Shown here: piece by piece, positions 38,692 to 47,957 of the stretch
How the letters are laid out: each line of letters opens with the position of its first letter
Numbering within the stretch: position 1 is the stretch's first letter
IMG/VR virus record: IMGVR_UViG_3300017917_004222
Coordinates: 83,840-147,839 of that record
Strand: one strand, 5' to 3'
Length of the DNA: 64,000 nt
Source of the DNA: a virus
Program-made: the position numbers and the translations under genes
Notes under the pieces: generated by a model
What the model was told of the DNA's origin: nothing
Seen by the model: the letters and a program-made list of their open reading frames with translations, nothing else
Database searches by the model: none

Positions 38692-41600
38692 ATGGCAACA
38701 AGCAACAATATTGGCAAAGATCTCGTGGATTTGCTGGCCACCCACAACTTTGATGTTGAAACATCCAGCGCCAAAAACCCATCGGCCACCCCCGACGAAG
38801 CCACAGTGTTCAAGTTTGATTACGTGAGTCAACACAATCGCAACTACGGCACTGCAGTTATCGTGATTGGTGACGACAATGACCTCATTTTGTTCTACGG
38901 TGACAATCTGGGACGGGGCATGGAACCCGAGGACAAGGACGAATGGTTTGCGTTCATGAAAGAGCTCAAGGATTTTTCAGTACGCCACAACTTCAAAACA
39001 TTCAGCCCCAAAAACCTCAATCAACTCAAGCACACCATGCAAGGCATGGCAGCCATCAAAGAAGGCTTGTTTGAAGGCTACTATGGATCTCGACGGGTCA
39101 GCTACATGGGTCCGGCTACCGAAGCACGACTGGTGATCAATCACAATCGGCTGATTGGCGAAAATGACAAGCGATTCCGTTATATCGAAAGCCTGTTTAT
39201 CGAGACTGTGGAGGGCGAACGATTCCGCTTGCCGTTCAAGCACATGGCCGGAGCTCGAGCCATGCTGGAGCATGTGCGCCAAGGTGGTCGTCCGTATGAC
39301 ATTCGGGGCCAGCACATTGCTGATGTTGTGAACGAGATGTCGGTGTTGTCACGTTTTCGACGTGCGCAACAAGGACGAGTGTTTGAGGGAGTGACACGGG
39401 AGTTGGTAGAGCAGGCCAACCAGTATTACCAGTCGTTGCACACCAATCTCAAGCACATGTCCAGCAATCGCGGGTACCGTTCGTATTTTGAATCCTGGAC
39501 TCCGGCCGACATTGGGCCAGAAGAATCCCTAGTGGAAGATCTGCGAACCATGTTTGTGGAACAAACCATAGACAGCAGAATTGAACAAGCATTGCCTACC
39601 CTGGCCAAGCTAAAAGGAAAAACAATGAAAGAAGCTGATATTTTTGAATCATGGGCCAACCGGTTGACCGAAGGCACTTGGGCACTGCCCGACAATCCCG
39701 AAGCACAAGAAAAGCTCAATCAACTCATGAGCAGTGAGCTGATTGTGGGGCCAGATGCAACCAATGCCACAGAACTGTTGTACGATGTTGTGGGCGACGA
39801 TGAGCTGTATGACATCCTTGACGATTTGGCCGCAAGGAACCCTAGAGCCAACATCTGGGACGATTCTGATGTGATTCAGCGCATGCAAGAACTAGGCATT
39901 CAGCTGCCCAACGGCGATGAAGAACCCAACACCAACATGGATATGCCAGCGCCTGGCGACGCTGCCGAGGTCAGAGAAGGCGACAACCTGGCGACATTTG
40001 TCGAAGGCAGCTGCAATCACACCCGGGAAGGCGAATACTGCCCCGAGCATGGACTCATGGAATGCGGCATGTACGAAAGCATGGGCGGCACAGTGGCTGG
40101 CGCTGTTGCTACTGGAGTGCCGCATGCGTCAGAAGGTGTGGAGGAAGGCTCCGCAAAGTATATCAAGCGCAGCGTGGCAGGTTGGGGCTGGTACGACAAA
40201 GACAAGCCTAAAGATGTGGTGAATAAAGTCAAGGGTCAAGACACAGATGTGCTAAAAAGGCTGCATGAACCTGACACCAAAAAAGGCAAGGGTTCTCCTG
40301 CTGAACTACAACAAAAAGCCATCAGTCGTGAGTTGAAGAGGCGTGGTAAGCAAGGTGTAGGGGAAGCTGAATATGATTCTAGAAAACCCTATGGGGTTCG
40401 TTATAGAGTATTTGCCGGGCGTGACGGCAGATTAACTACTAAAGAATTTTGGACTACCTCGTCGGAAAAATTAAAAAAGGCCGTTGCCAAAATTGAAGCC
40501 TTGGGCAACTTCTACGAAATTGACGGATATAGCTATCCCAAAGAACAGCCGGGCGTGTCAGAAGAATATACGCAAGTTCACGAACTAAGTAAAGACACTC
40601 TGCAATCATATCGTGACCGGACAAAAGAAAAGCGAGCTGCATACAACGCTGCAATCCGGCACGCCGGCGATCCGCCACTGGGCATGACATCTACCCACTC
40701 TAGTGATGAAGTAGACCGGTGGATTAAAAAGTATGATAAAATGGGCGGCGGTATGAAAAAGGCTGCCAACAGAATCAAAAATTTAGATAAGCAAGGCGTG
40801 TCGGAAACCAATGTTGCAAAATACCGAGACCTGGGCGCTACTGCAGACACTACCCACTTTGTCAAGAACGTCACCACAGGCAAGATTGTGAGTCCACATC
40901 GCAGCCGTCAAGATGCCGAAGACGCCCTGGTTGCGTTGCAGCGTCGCCCTGACGGCAACGAATACAAGATTGTTCGTGCCAGAAAAGATGTGACCGAAGG
41001 TGATGATCGTGGCGATTATCACTCTACTGCCCGCGCTGCCGAACAAGCCACAAGGCAAGCCAAGGACCCTGCAGGCCACCGAAAGGCAGCAGGTTTGCAT
41101 GACCGTGCAGCAACTTATGCGCTATCGGCCGGTCACGACAGCAGTGTTGTCCACGATCACCAAATGGCAGCACGGGAACACACCCGAGCAGCCCGAGGAT
41201 TGACTAAAAGCTCGTTGGAAGAAGCCGGCGGAGCAAAACAATACAATGAATTCAAGCGTGAATGGCGTGCAAAACACGGTGCTGATGCCAAAGTTCCCGG
41301 CTATGATAGCCGAGAATATACATCCTACTGCTATCGTCAACTTGATAAAAAGCATGGTGTGTCAGAAACCCGAGCTGATCCCACCAGCACCTGGGTGGTG
41401 TATGACGGCAAAAAAGTTCAGCGTTTCAAAACCCACGCTGGTGCCAAGGCCTATGCTGAAAAGCACGGCGGCAAAGTTGCAAGCTCGGCGCACTATGCCG
41501 ATCGCATCCAAAAGTCCGAAGTAAAGGAAGGCTTGGACATCGAAGCCGCTCGTGAACGACTTGCATCACTGCAGAGGGACCTGAAGGCAGTGACCGGCAA

Positions 41601-42159
41601 TTATCCCGGCGATGATCGTAATCGCATGATCCTGCGCAGGCAAATATTTGATCTGAAGGCACAAATCAAATCAGCAGGCAGCAAGAAATCTGAGGTGAAG
41701 GAAGGCCAACTCAACGAATATCTAGTGAACGAAGGAGAACCGTTTTCTGAGGTATTGAATCTGAATGTGTTTATGGACACCAGCCCAGATGGTCAAGTAG
41801 GGATGGATCATGATCCTCAATGGCAACAACTAATGGCAAAATATCAACCCATTGCCAAACAGTTAGAGCAACAAATACAAGCACTTGACGAGTACGAACT
41901 CTCGCCCAAAGAAGTAGACGCAATTCACAATGTTTGGTATGATGGATCAGACGCCTATGATGACATGGAAGTTGATGTTCTAGCCAGGCTCTACGACCAG
42001 CAAATCAAGTTGGTCAAACGAATGATAACCGTTAGATTGAGAAAGCAAGGTGTGTCTGAAGACTCAACTGACCCCATGGACCATCGTGGTGCTGTGACCG
42101 ACAGCTTCCGTGAAAGTCTGGATCGCATAAAAACTCTGGCACAGATTCGCAAGAGCTAA
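38692..42159 (+). CDS. Large modular putative internal-head polyprotein (1155 aa) with an array of GVxE-linked cassettes
   Basis: TAAATA at 38679. An N-terminal region of ~480 aa is followed by nine unrelated modules separated by (K/Q)GVxE, DVTE, SLEE or EVKE linkers. Confidence 0.75.
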   Translation: MATSNNIGKDLVDLLATHNFDVETSSAKNPSATPDEATVFKFDYVSQHNRNYGTAVIVIGDDNDLILFYGDNLGRGMEPEDKDEWFAFMKELKDFSVRHNFKTFSPKNLNQLKHTMQGMAAIKEGLFEGYYGSRRVSYMGPATEARLVINHNRLIGENDKRFRYIESLFIETVEGERFRLPFKHMAGARAMLEHVRQGGRPYDIRGQHIADVVNEMSVLSRFRRAQQGRVFEGVTRELVEQANQYYQSLHTNLKHMSSNRGYRSYFESWTPADIGPEESLVEDLRTMFVEQTIDSRIEQALPTLAKLKGKTMKEADIFESWANRLTEGTWALPDNPEAQEKLNQLMSSELIVGPDATNATELLYDVVGDDELYDILDDLAARNPRANIWDDSDVIQRMQELGIQLPNGDEEPNTNMDMPAPGDAAEVREGDNLATFVEGSCNHTREGEYCPEHGLMECGMYESMGGTVAGAVATGVPHASEGVEEGSAKYIKRSVAGWGWYDKDKPKDVVNKVKGQDTDVLKRLHEPDTKKGKGSPAELQQKAISRELKRRGKQGVGEAEYDSRKPYGVRYRVFAGRDGRLTTKEFWTTSSEKLKKAVAKIEALGNFYEIDGYSYPKEQPGVSEEYTQVHELSKDTLQSYRDRTKEKRAAYNAAIRHAGDPPLGMTSTHSSDEVDRWIKKYDKMGGGMKKAANRIKNLDKQGVSETNVAKYRDLGATADTTHFVKNVTTGKIVSPHRSRQDAEDALVALQRRPDGNEYKIVRARKDVTEGDDRGDYHSTARAAEQATRQAKDPAGHRKAAGLHDRAATYALSAGHDSSVVHDHQMAAREHTRAARGLTKSSLEEAGGAKQYNEFKREWRAKHGADAKVPGYDSREYTSYCYRQLDKKHGVSETRADPTSTWVVYDGKKVQRFKTHAGAKAYAEKHGGKVASSAHYADRIQKSEVKEGLDIEAARERLASLQRDLKAVTGNYPGDDRNRMILRRQIFDLKAQIKSAGSKKSEVKEGQLNEYLVNEGEPFSEVLNLNVFMDTSPDGQVGMDHDPQWQQLMAKYQPIAKQLEQQIQALDEYELSPKEVDAIHNVWYDGSDAYDDMEVDVLARLYDQQIKLVKRMITVRLRKQGVSEDSTDPMDHRGAVTDSFRESLDRIKTLAQIRKS

Positions 42160-42162
42160 ATA

Positions 42163-42342
42163 AAACACTCAAGCAAGGGGTGGCAACACCGCTTGCACAG
42201 GCAGCATACTTGGCAACACTGGCAGGAACAATCTTGCCAGTTGCCTAGGAAACACAGGCAAGGCTGTGTAAAATAACCTTGAAGGCAGCATTTAAGTAAA
42301 TCTTAAATTCAAACATATTAACACTTTGAAAGGCAACATAAT
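42163..42342 (+). ncRNA. Candidate structured RNA/5' leader of gp32 with repeated GGCA motifs
   Basis: Hairpins at 42173-42196 (GCAA loop), 42212-42245, 42252-42269 and 42290-42308; seven (A/T)GGCA motifs. Confidence 0.45.
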
Positions 42343-43380
42343 ATGGCATCCTTAGCAGAAATTCGCGCAAGACTTCAGGCAGCTGAAAACAAACAAGGTG
42401 GGCAATCCACCGGTGGTGACAACTCAATCTATCCGCACTGGAACATGGAAGAAGGGCAAAGTGCAAGCCTGCGATTCCTGCCAGACGGCAACAGCAAAAA
42501 CACATTCTTCTGGGTGGAACGAGCCATGATTCGTCTCCCATTCAACGGCATCAAGGGCGAAATGGACTCCAAGCAAGTCATGGTCCAAGTGCCATGTGTG
42601 GAGATGTGGAACGAAACCTGTCCTATCCTGACCGAAGTTCGCACCTGGTTCAAAGACAAGAGTCTGGAAGACATGGGTCGCAAATACTGGAAAAAGCGCA
42701 GCTACCTCATGCAGGGCTTTGTGCGTCAAAACCCCATCGCAGATGACGCCACCAAGGCACCTGAAAATCCAATCCGTCGCTTCATCATGGGTCCTCAGAT
42801 CTTTACCCTGATCAAGAGTGCACTGATGGATCCCGAACTGGAAGAACTGCCCACTGACTACATGCGTGGTCTGGACTTCCGCATTGCCAAGACCAGCAAG
42901 GGCGGCTATGCTGACTACAACACCAGCCAGTGGGCTCGCAAAGAGTCGGCCCTGACCGAAGCTGAACAGGCAGCGATCGAAACTCATGGTCTCTACGACC
43001 TCAGCACTTTCTTGCCCAAGCGACCTGGCGAAGTGGAACTGCGTGTGATCAAGGAAATGTTCGAAGCCAGCGTGGACGGTCAACCCTATGACCCTGATCG
43101 TTGGGCACAATACTTCCGTCCGCCTGGCGTGGCAGCACCTGGTGGCGCAGCCAGCGGCAGCGCTGATGTGGACGAAGACTCGGCTCGTGTCCCAGCTCGT
43201 GCACCTGCACCACGTCCTGCACCTGCTCCGGCTCCTGCAGCAGAGTCGGCACCCTGGGAAGGCGAAGATGACACCGCAGTGGCCACAGCACCTGTTGCTG
43301 CCCCTGCTCCTGCAGCCCGCGCAGGTGGCCAGAATGCACAAGACATCTTGGCCATGATCCGCAGCCGTCAACAAAAGTAA
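42343..43380 (+). CDS. gp32: Single-stranded DNA-binding protein
   Basis: 'LRFLPD..CVEMW.E.CPI..KYWKKRSY..GLDFRI.K..GGYADY..S.W' with an acidic Ala/Pro tail; adjacent to uvsX. Confidence 0.9.
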   Translation: MASLAEIRARLQAAENKQGGQSTGGDNSIYPHWNMEEGQSASLRFLPDGNSKNTFFWVERAMIRLPFNGIKGEMDSKQVMVQVPCVEMWNETCPILTEVRTWFKDKSLEDMGRKYWKKRSYLMQGFVRQNPIADDATKAPENPIRRFIMGPQIFTLIKSALMDPELEELPTDYMRGLDFRIAKTSKGGYADYNTSQWARKESALTEAEQAAIETHGLYDLSTFLPKRPGEVELRVIKEMFEASVDGQPYDPDRWAQYFRPPGVAAPGGAASGSADVDEDSARVPARAPAPRPAPAPAPAAESAPWEGEDDTAVATAPVAAPAPAARAGGQNAQDILAMIRSRQQK

Positions 43381-43389
43381 TGTTGATTC

Positions 43390-43424
43390 AGCATGGCGCC
43401 TGGCGCGCCATGCTTTCTGTTTTT
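43390..43424 (+). terminator. Rho-independent terminator
   Basis: 10-bp stem agcatggcgc/gcgccatgct followed by ttctgttttt. Confidence 0.75.
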
Positions 43425-43437
43425 AAGGCAAAACCTC

Positions 43438-44502
43438 ATGGGAAAACCATTTGACATTTCCAAGTTCCGTAAGGAAATTACCAAGAGCATTGATGGCCTC
43501 AGCATTGGCTTCAATGACCCAACTGACTGGATCAGCACCGGCAACTATGCGTTGAATTACCTCATTAGCGGAGACTTTCACCGGGGTGTGCCCCTGGGCA
43601 AGGTCACTGTGTTTGCAGGCGAGTCGGGCGCAGGCAAGAGCTACATCTGTTCGGGCAACATCATCAAGAACGCACAAGAGCAAGGCATCTATGTGGTCTT
43701 GATTGACAGTGAAAACGCACTGGACGAGGCATGGCTGCATGCCCTGGGCGTGGACACCAGCGAGAGCAAACTGCTCAAACTCAGCATGGCCATGATCGAT
43801 GATGTGGCCAAGACCATCGCCACGTTCATGAGCGACTACAAGGCCCTGCCCGATGGCGAGCGCCCCAAGGTGTTGTTTGTGATTGACAGCTTGGGCATGC
43901 TGTTGACTCCCACCGACATCAACCAGTTCGAAAGCGGTGACATGAAGGGTGACCTGGGTCGCAAGCCCAAGGCACTGACTGCACTGGTTCGCAACTGTGT
44001 GAACATGTTCGGCAGCTACAACGTGGGCCTGGTTTGTACCAACCACACATACGCATCGCAAGACATGTTCGACCCTGATGACAAGATCTCAGGTGGTCAA
44101 GGCTTCATCTACGCCAGCTCGATTGTGGTGGCCATGAAAAAGCTCAAGCTCAAAGAGGACGAGGCCGGCAACAAGATCTCGGACGTGATGGGTATTCGAT
44201 CTGCTTGTAAGGTCATGAAAACTCGCTATGCCAAGCCGTTTGAAGGTGTGCAGGTCAAGATCCCCTACAGCACAGGCATGAGCCCCTACTCGGGTCTGAC
44301 TGACTTGGCTGAAAAGAAGGGTCTGTTGAAAAAGGACGGCAACCGTTTGATGTTTGTGACCAGCGATGGCGAGATCATCAAATACTTCCGCAAGGGTTGG
44401 GAAGCCAACGAAGATGGCTGCCTGGATCGACTCATGGCTGACTTTGCCAACCACAAAGACGAAGCCGAAGTTGCTGCTGAAACTGCCACAGGAGAAGAAT
44501 GA
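43438..44502 (+). CDS. uvsX: RecA-like recombinase
   Basis: 'ISTG..LNYLISG..G.PLGK..FAGESGAGKS', 'IDSENA', 'VIDSLG', 'GGQGFIYASS'. Confidence 0.95.
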   Translation: MGKPFDISKFRKEITKSIDGLSIGFNDPTDWISTGNYALNYLISGDFHRGVPLGKVTVFAGESGAGKSYICSGNIIKNAQEQGIYVVLIDSENALDEAWLHALGVDTSESKLLKLSMAMIDDVAKTIATFMSDYKALPDGERPKVLFVIDSLGMLLTPTDINQFESGDMKGDLGRKPKALTALVRNCVNMFGSYNVGLVCTNHTYASQDMFDPDDKISGGQGFIYASSIVVAMKKLKLKEDEAGNKISDVMGIRSACKVMKTRYAKPFEGVQVKIPYSTGMSPYSGLTDLAEKKGLLKKDGNRLMFVTSDGEIIKYFRKGWEANEDGCLDRLMADFANHKDEAEVAAETATGEE

Positions 44503-44756
44503 TGTCAGACAACTTACTGGTACCAAGCGAAATCTGGGGCGAGATCAAGCGCTACATCAGTCCAGTTGATCGAGAGGAAGCTGCGGATGCCGTGGTCAAC
44601 ATCTTGATCGACCATGACTTCGATGCCGAGCAGATTCGCGACGCATTCAAAGGCGACAGCGACATCCGCACAGCCCTGGGTCACCATGCCGACGACGAAG
44701 AAGAGCTGGACGAAGATCTGGACTGCGACGACGCAGACAACGGAGATTGGGACTAA
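44499..44756 (+). CDS. Small acidic hypothetical protein
   Basis: ATGA overlap, AGGAG RBS. Confidence 0.65.
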   Translation: MMSDNLLVPSEIWGEIKRYISPVDREEAADAVVNILIDHDFDAEQIRDAFKGDSDIRTALGHHADDEEELDEDLDCDDADNGDWD

Positions 44757-44765
44757 GGAAACAAC

Positions 44766-45218
44766 ATGTGGTACAACCGAGTGACGGCAGATCTGGCTCG
44801 CATACCAGACTTCATTGCCCACTACGAGTCCGAGTTGGTTCAGGCCAAGGCTGAATGTCGCATTGGTGGTTTGGTTGAGCGCAACATCAAAGAACTGCCA
44901 GGAGTAACCGAGCACCGTTTCAATCAACTGCAAGAGATTGAGGCGGTGCTGAATTACTTGAACATTCAGCTGCGAAAGATTCGTAGAAAGCATTTTCAAA
45001 AGTACCTGGAAAACTATGCCCGTGCTCTGACCAGTCGTGATGCCGAAAAGTATGTGGACGGCGAGGACGAAGTGATTGACTTTGAAACCTTGATCAACGA
45101 AGTTGCACTGTTGCGCAACCGGTGGTTGGGTATCATGAAGGGCCTGGAAACCAAACAGTGGCAAATGGGACACATCACCCGATTGCGCACCGCAGGCATG
45201 GAAGATATCTCAGTGTGA
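44766..45218 (+). CDS. uvsY: Recombination mediator (UvsY-like)
   Basis: 150-aa helical protein with 'DAEKYVDGEDE..IMKGLETKQWQM', near uvsX. Confidence 0.65.
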   Translation: MWYNRVTADLARIPDFIAHYESELVQAKAECRIGGLVERNIKELPGVTEHRFNQLQEIEAVLNYLNIQLRKIRRKHFQKYLENYARALTSRDAEKYVDGEDEVIDFETLINEVALLRNRWLGIMKGLETKQWQMGHITRLRTAGMEDISV

Positions 45219-45275
45219 TGGTTGTTACTGGTGGGTTTGCTTCTAAGTAATATAAATAAACATATAGGAGGATAT

Positions 45276-45965
45276 ATGTTTATTGACAACAAATACTCAA
45301 AGTGCTACTACAGAATTATCGAAAATAGAAAAAATAACCCATTTGATGGTTACGTTGAGCGCCATCATATTGTTCCAAAAAGTCTTGGCGGTAGCAATAA
45401 AAAAGAAAATATTGTCGCGTTGACAGCAAGAGAACATTTTATCTGTCATCGACTGTTGGTTAAGATGACATCAGGAAGAGATAAGATGAAGATGTCTTAC
45501 GCTATTAGATGCTTAGTCAATCAGGAAAACAAACATCAACAGCGTCACAAAATTAGCGCTCGTACATACGCTTCTATAATTTCAATTACAAAAGATAGTA
45601 TTTCTAAGTATCAAGCTGGCGAAAATAATCCGTATTATGGACGAAAACACTCTGACGAAGTTAAAGCAAAAATGAGAGTAAAGCGAGCACTTCAAGAGCC
45701 GCCCCTACTAGGTAAAACTCACTCTGCAGAAACAAAAGAAAAACTTCGCCTAGCAAACAAGAAGCAATTTCAAGATCCGGCACAAACTGAGATGCGCAAA
45801 AAATGCACATTGGAGCAAATGAAAGATCCTTTGCGACGACACGCCGCTGGTAATGGCAAGCGCGGGAAAAAATGGTATTATTGTCCTGTGACAAAAAACT
45901 GTTCTACCTTTTTTCCTGACAACGTTCCACCAGGATATATAGAAGGAAGGATTATTAAAAAATGA
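45276..45965 (+). mobile_element. HNH homing endonuclease with NUMOD3-like motifs
   Basis: 'ERHHIVPKSLGGSN..LTAREHFICHRLL', 'NPYYGRKHS', 'GKTHSAETKEK'. AT-rich, TATAAATA at 45251. Confidence 0.85.
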
Positions 45966-46726
45966 AAATTGTACTTTGCACTGGGGGGTACGATCCAGTG
46001 CACTCGGGTCACCTGTCTTATTTTGAAGCTGCACGAGCACTTGGCGATCGCTTGATTGTGGGACTCAATTCAGATGCATGGCTGACCCGTAAAAAAGGTC
46101 GGCCATTCATGCCTTTGAGCGAGCGTCTAGCAGTGATTGGTAATCTACGCTGTGTGGACGAAGTTGTGGTCTACAATGACGATGATGGCTCCAGCTCAGA
46201 CGCCATTCGTGTGGTTCGCGGCAGATACCCCACTGCAGATATTGTGTTTGCCAACGGTGGCGATCGCACTCAGGACAACATCCCTGAAATGAGTGTGCAA
46301 GATCCACGCCTGACATTTGAGTTTGGAGTTGGAGGATTTGACAAACGCAACTCCAGCAGCTGGATTCTGGAAGATTGGAAAAAGCCCCGAACTCCACGAG
46401 CCTGGGGTGAATATCGTGTGTTGCACGAAGTAGGCAGTCATACCAAGGTCAAAGAGCTCACTGTGGCACCTGGTTCCTGCCTCAGCATGCAACGACATGA
46501 CCGTAGAGCAGAGTTCTGGTTTGTGGCCGAAGGTGTTGCTACTGTGTACACGCTTGACTCTGCATCCACTGATGTGGAAGTCACTGCCACGCTGCAAGCC
46601 CACGAACACACTCACATCAGATGCCACGAATGGCACCAGTTGTGCAATGAAACTGACCAACCTCTGCGCCTGATTGAAATTCAATACGGCACAGATTGTG
46701 TGGAGGAAGATATCGAACGCCGATGA
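45962..46726 (+). CDS. Bifunctional cytidylyltransferase-like (HxGH) plus mannose-6-P-isomerase-type cupin
   Basis: 'GGYDPVHSGH..LIVGLNSD..FANGGDR' followed by 'RAWGEY..LSMQRH..EFWFV..WHQL.N..IEIQYG..EEDIER'. Confidence 0.85.
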   Translation: MKIVLCTGGYDPVHSGHLSYFEAARALGDRLIVGLNSDAWLTRKKGRPFMPLSERLAVIGNLRCVDEVVVYNDDDGSSSDAIRVVRGRYPTADIVFANGGDRTQDNIPEMSVQDPRLTFEFGVGGFDKRNSSSWILEDWKKPRTPRAWGEYRVLHEVGSHTKVKELTVAPGSCLSMQRHDRRAEFWFVAEGVATVYTLDSASTDVEVTATLQAHEHTHIRCHEWHQLCNETDQPLRLIEIQYGTDCVEEDIERR

Positions 46727-47409
46727 AACCTATTCCTGTATTTGTTGGCTATGACCCACGTGAGGCCATAGCCTATCACACCTGTGTGAACTCTATTATT
46801 CGCACGGCATCGGCGCCAGTTGCAATCATGCCCCTGGCGTTGAACTTGTTCACAGACTACACTGAAACGCACTCAGACGGTAGCAACCAGTTCATCTACA
46901 GCCGTTTTCTTGTGCCCTGGCTCATGGAGTACACCGGTCATGCCATCTTTATTGATGGTGACATGCTTCTGCGCGGCGACATTGTGGAACTGTGGAACCT
47001 GCGCGATGCCACCAAGGACGTGCAAGTGGTCAAGCATGATTATCAAACCTGCATGCCAGTCAAGTATCTAGGTGCTCCAAACGAGGACTATCCCAGAAAG
47101 AACTGGTCCAGTGTGATCTTGTGGAACTGCAACAGCTACCCCAATCGCCGACTCACTCCTGAGTTTGTGCAGGCAGCATCGGGTGCCCAGCTGCATAGAT
47201 TCACTTGGTTGGACGATGATCGCATTGGCGAGCTGCCGCCTGAATGGAACTGGCTGGACATCGAATACGATGCCAACCCCAACGCCCGACTGGTGCACTA
47301 CACCCTGGGCACTCCGTGCTTTCGAGAGTTTGCCGATCAAGGCAGTTTTGCTAACGAGTGGCATCGCGAACGCATACTAACCGAACACTGTCAACAGAGG
47401 AACACATAA
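46723..47409 (+). CDS. GT-A glycosyltransferase
   Basis: 'VFVGYDPRE', 'SRFLVP', DxD 'IDGDM', 'RKNWSS', 'HYTLGTP'. Confidence 0.8.
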   Translation: MKPIPVFVGYDPREAIAYHTCVNSIIRTASAPVAIMPLALNLFTDYTETHSDGSNQFIYSRFLVPWLMEYTGHAIFIDGDMLLRGDIVELWNLRDATKDVQVVKHDYQTCMPVKYLGAPNEDYPRKNWSSVILWNCNSYPNRRLTPEFVQAASGAQLHRFTWLDDDRIGELPPEWNWLDIEYDANPNARLVHYTLGTPCFREFADQGSFANEWHRERILTEHCQQRNT

Positions 47410-47957
47410 TGGGATATAGTCTTAGAGGTGGCAAGCCCGAAACTGCCAAGTGGTTTGCCGATAACCAAGCCAACATCAAACGAGTATTAGACATCGGTGC
47501 TGGCTCGGGCACATATGTCAAGCTGATCAAGCAGGAGTTTGGTATCTGCCAAGACACCGAGTGGACCGCAGTTGAAGCCTGGGAGGACTACATCAAGCGA
47601 TTTGACCTTGAGTCCTTGTATGACCGTGTGTTGCATCAAGATGTTCGCACACTGGACTGGTCTCAACTGGGGTACTTTGACGTGGCCATTGCTGGCGATG
47701 TGCTTGAACACATGACCAAACAGCAGGCTCAAGACTTGGTTGACCAAGTGTTGAATCATGCTACCACTTTGATTGTGAGCATTCCCATTGTGTACATGCC
47801 CCAGGACGAGATCGAAGGCAATCCGTACGAAGTGCACGTCAAGCCTGATTGGTCACACGACGAAGTCATGGAAACATGGGGTGCAGACATACGCACATTC
47901 TATCGCAAAAGCCCCAAGAGCAAAATTGCAGTGTATTGGTTGTCGCGGCATGCTTGA
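47409..47957 (+). CDS. Class I SAM-dependent methyltransferase
   Basis: 'VLDIGAGSGTY', 'GDVLEHM'. Confidence 0.85.
   Translation: MGYSLRGGKPETAKWFADNQANIKRVLDIGAGSGTYVKLIKQEFGICQDTEWTAVEAWEDYIKRFDLESLYDRVLHQDVRTLDWSQLGYFDVAIAGDVLEHMTKQQAQDLVDQVLNHATTLIVSIPIVYMPQDEIEGNPYEVHVKPDWSHDEVMETWGADIRTFYRKSPKSKIAVYWLSRHA

Noticed and set aside
40132-42063. CRISPR-like repeat-spacer array
   Set aside because: Repeats are degenerate, in frame and protein-coding, with 144-357-nt spacing, so they are better explained as peptide linkers.
42160-42342. CRISPR mini-array or tRNA
   Set aside because: Repeats are only 5-9 nt and irregularly spaced; there is no cloverleaf with a T-loop motif and no cas gene.
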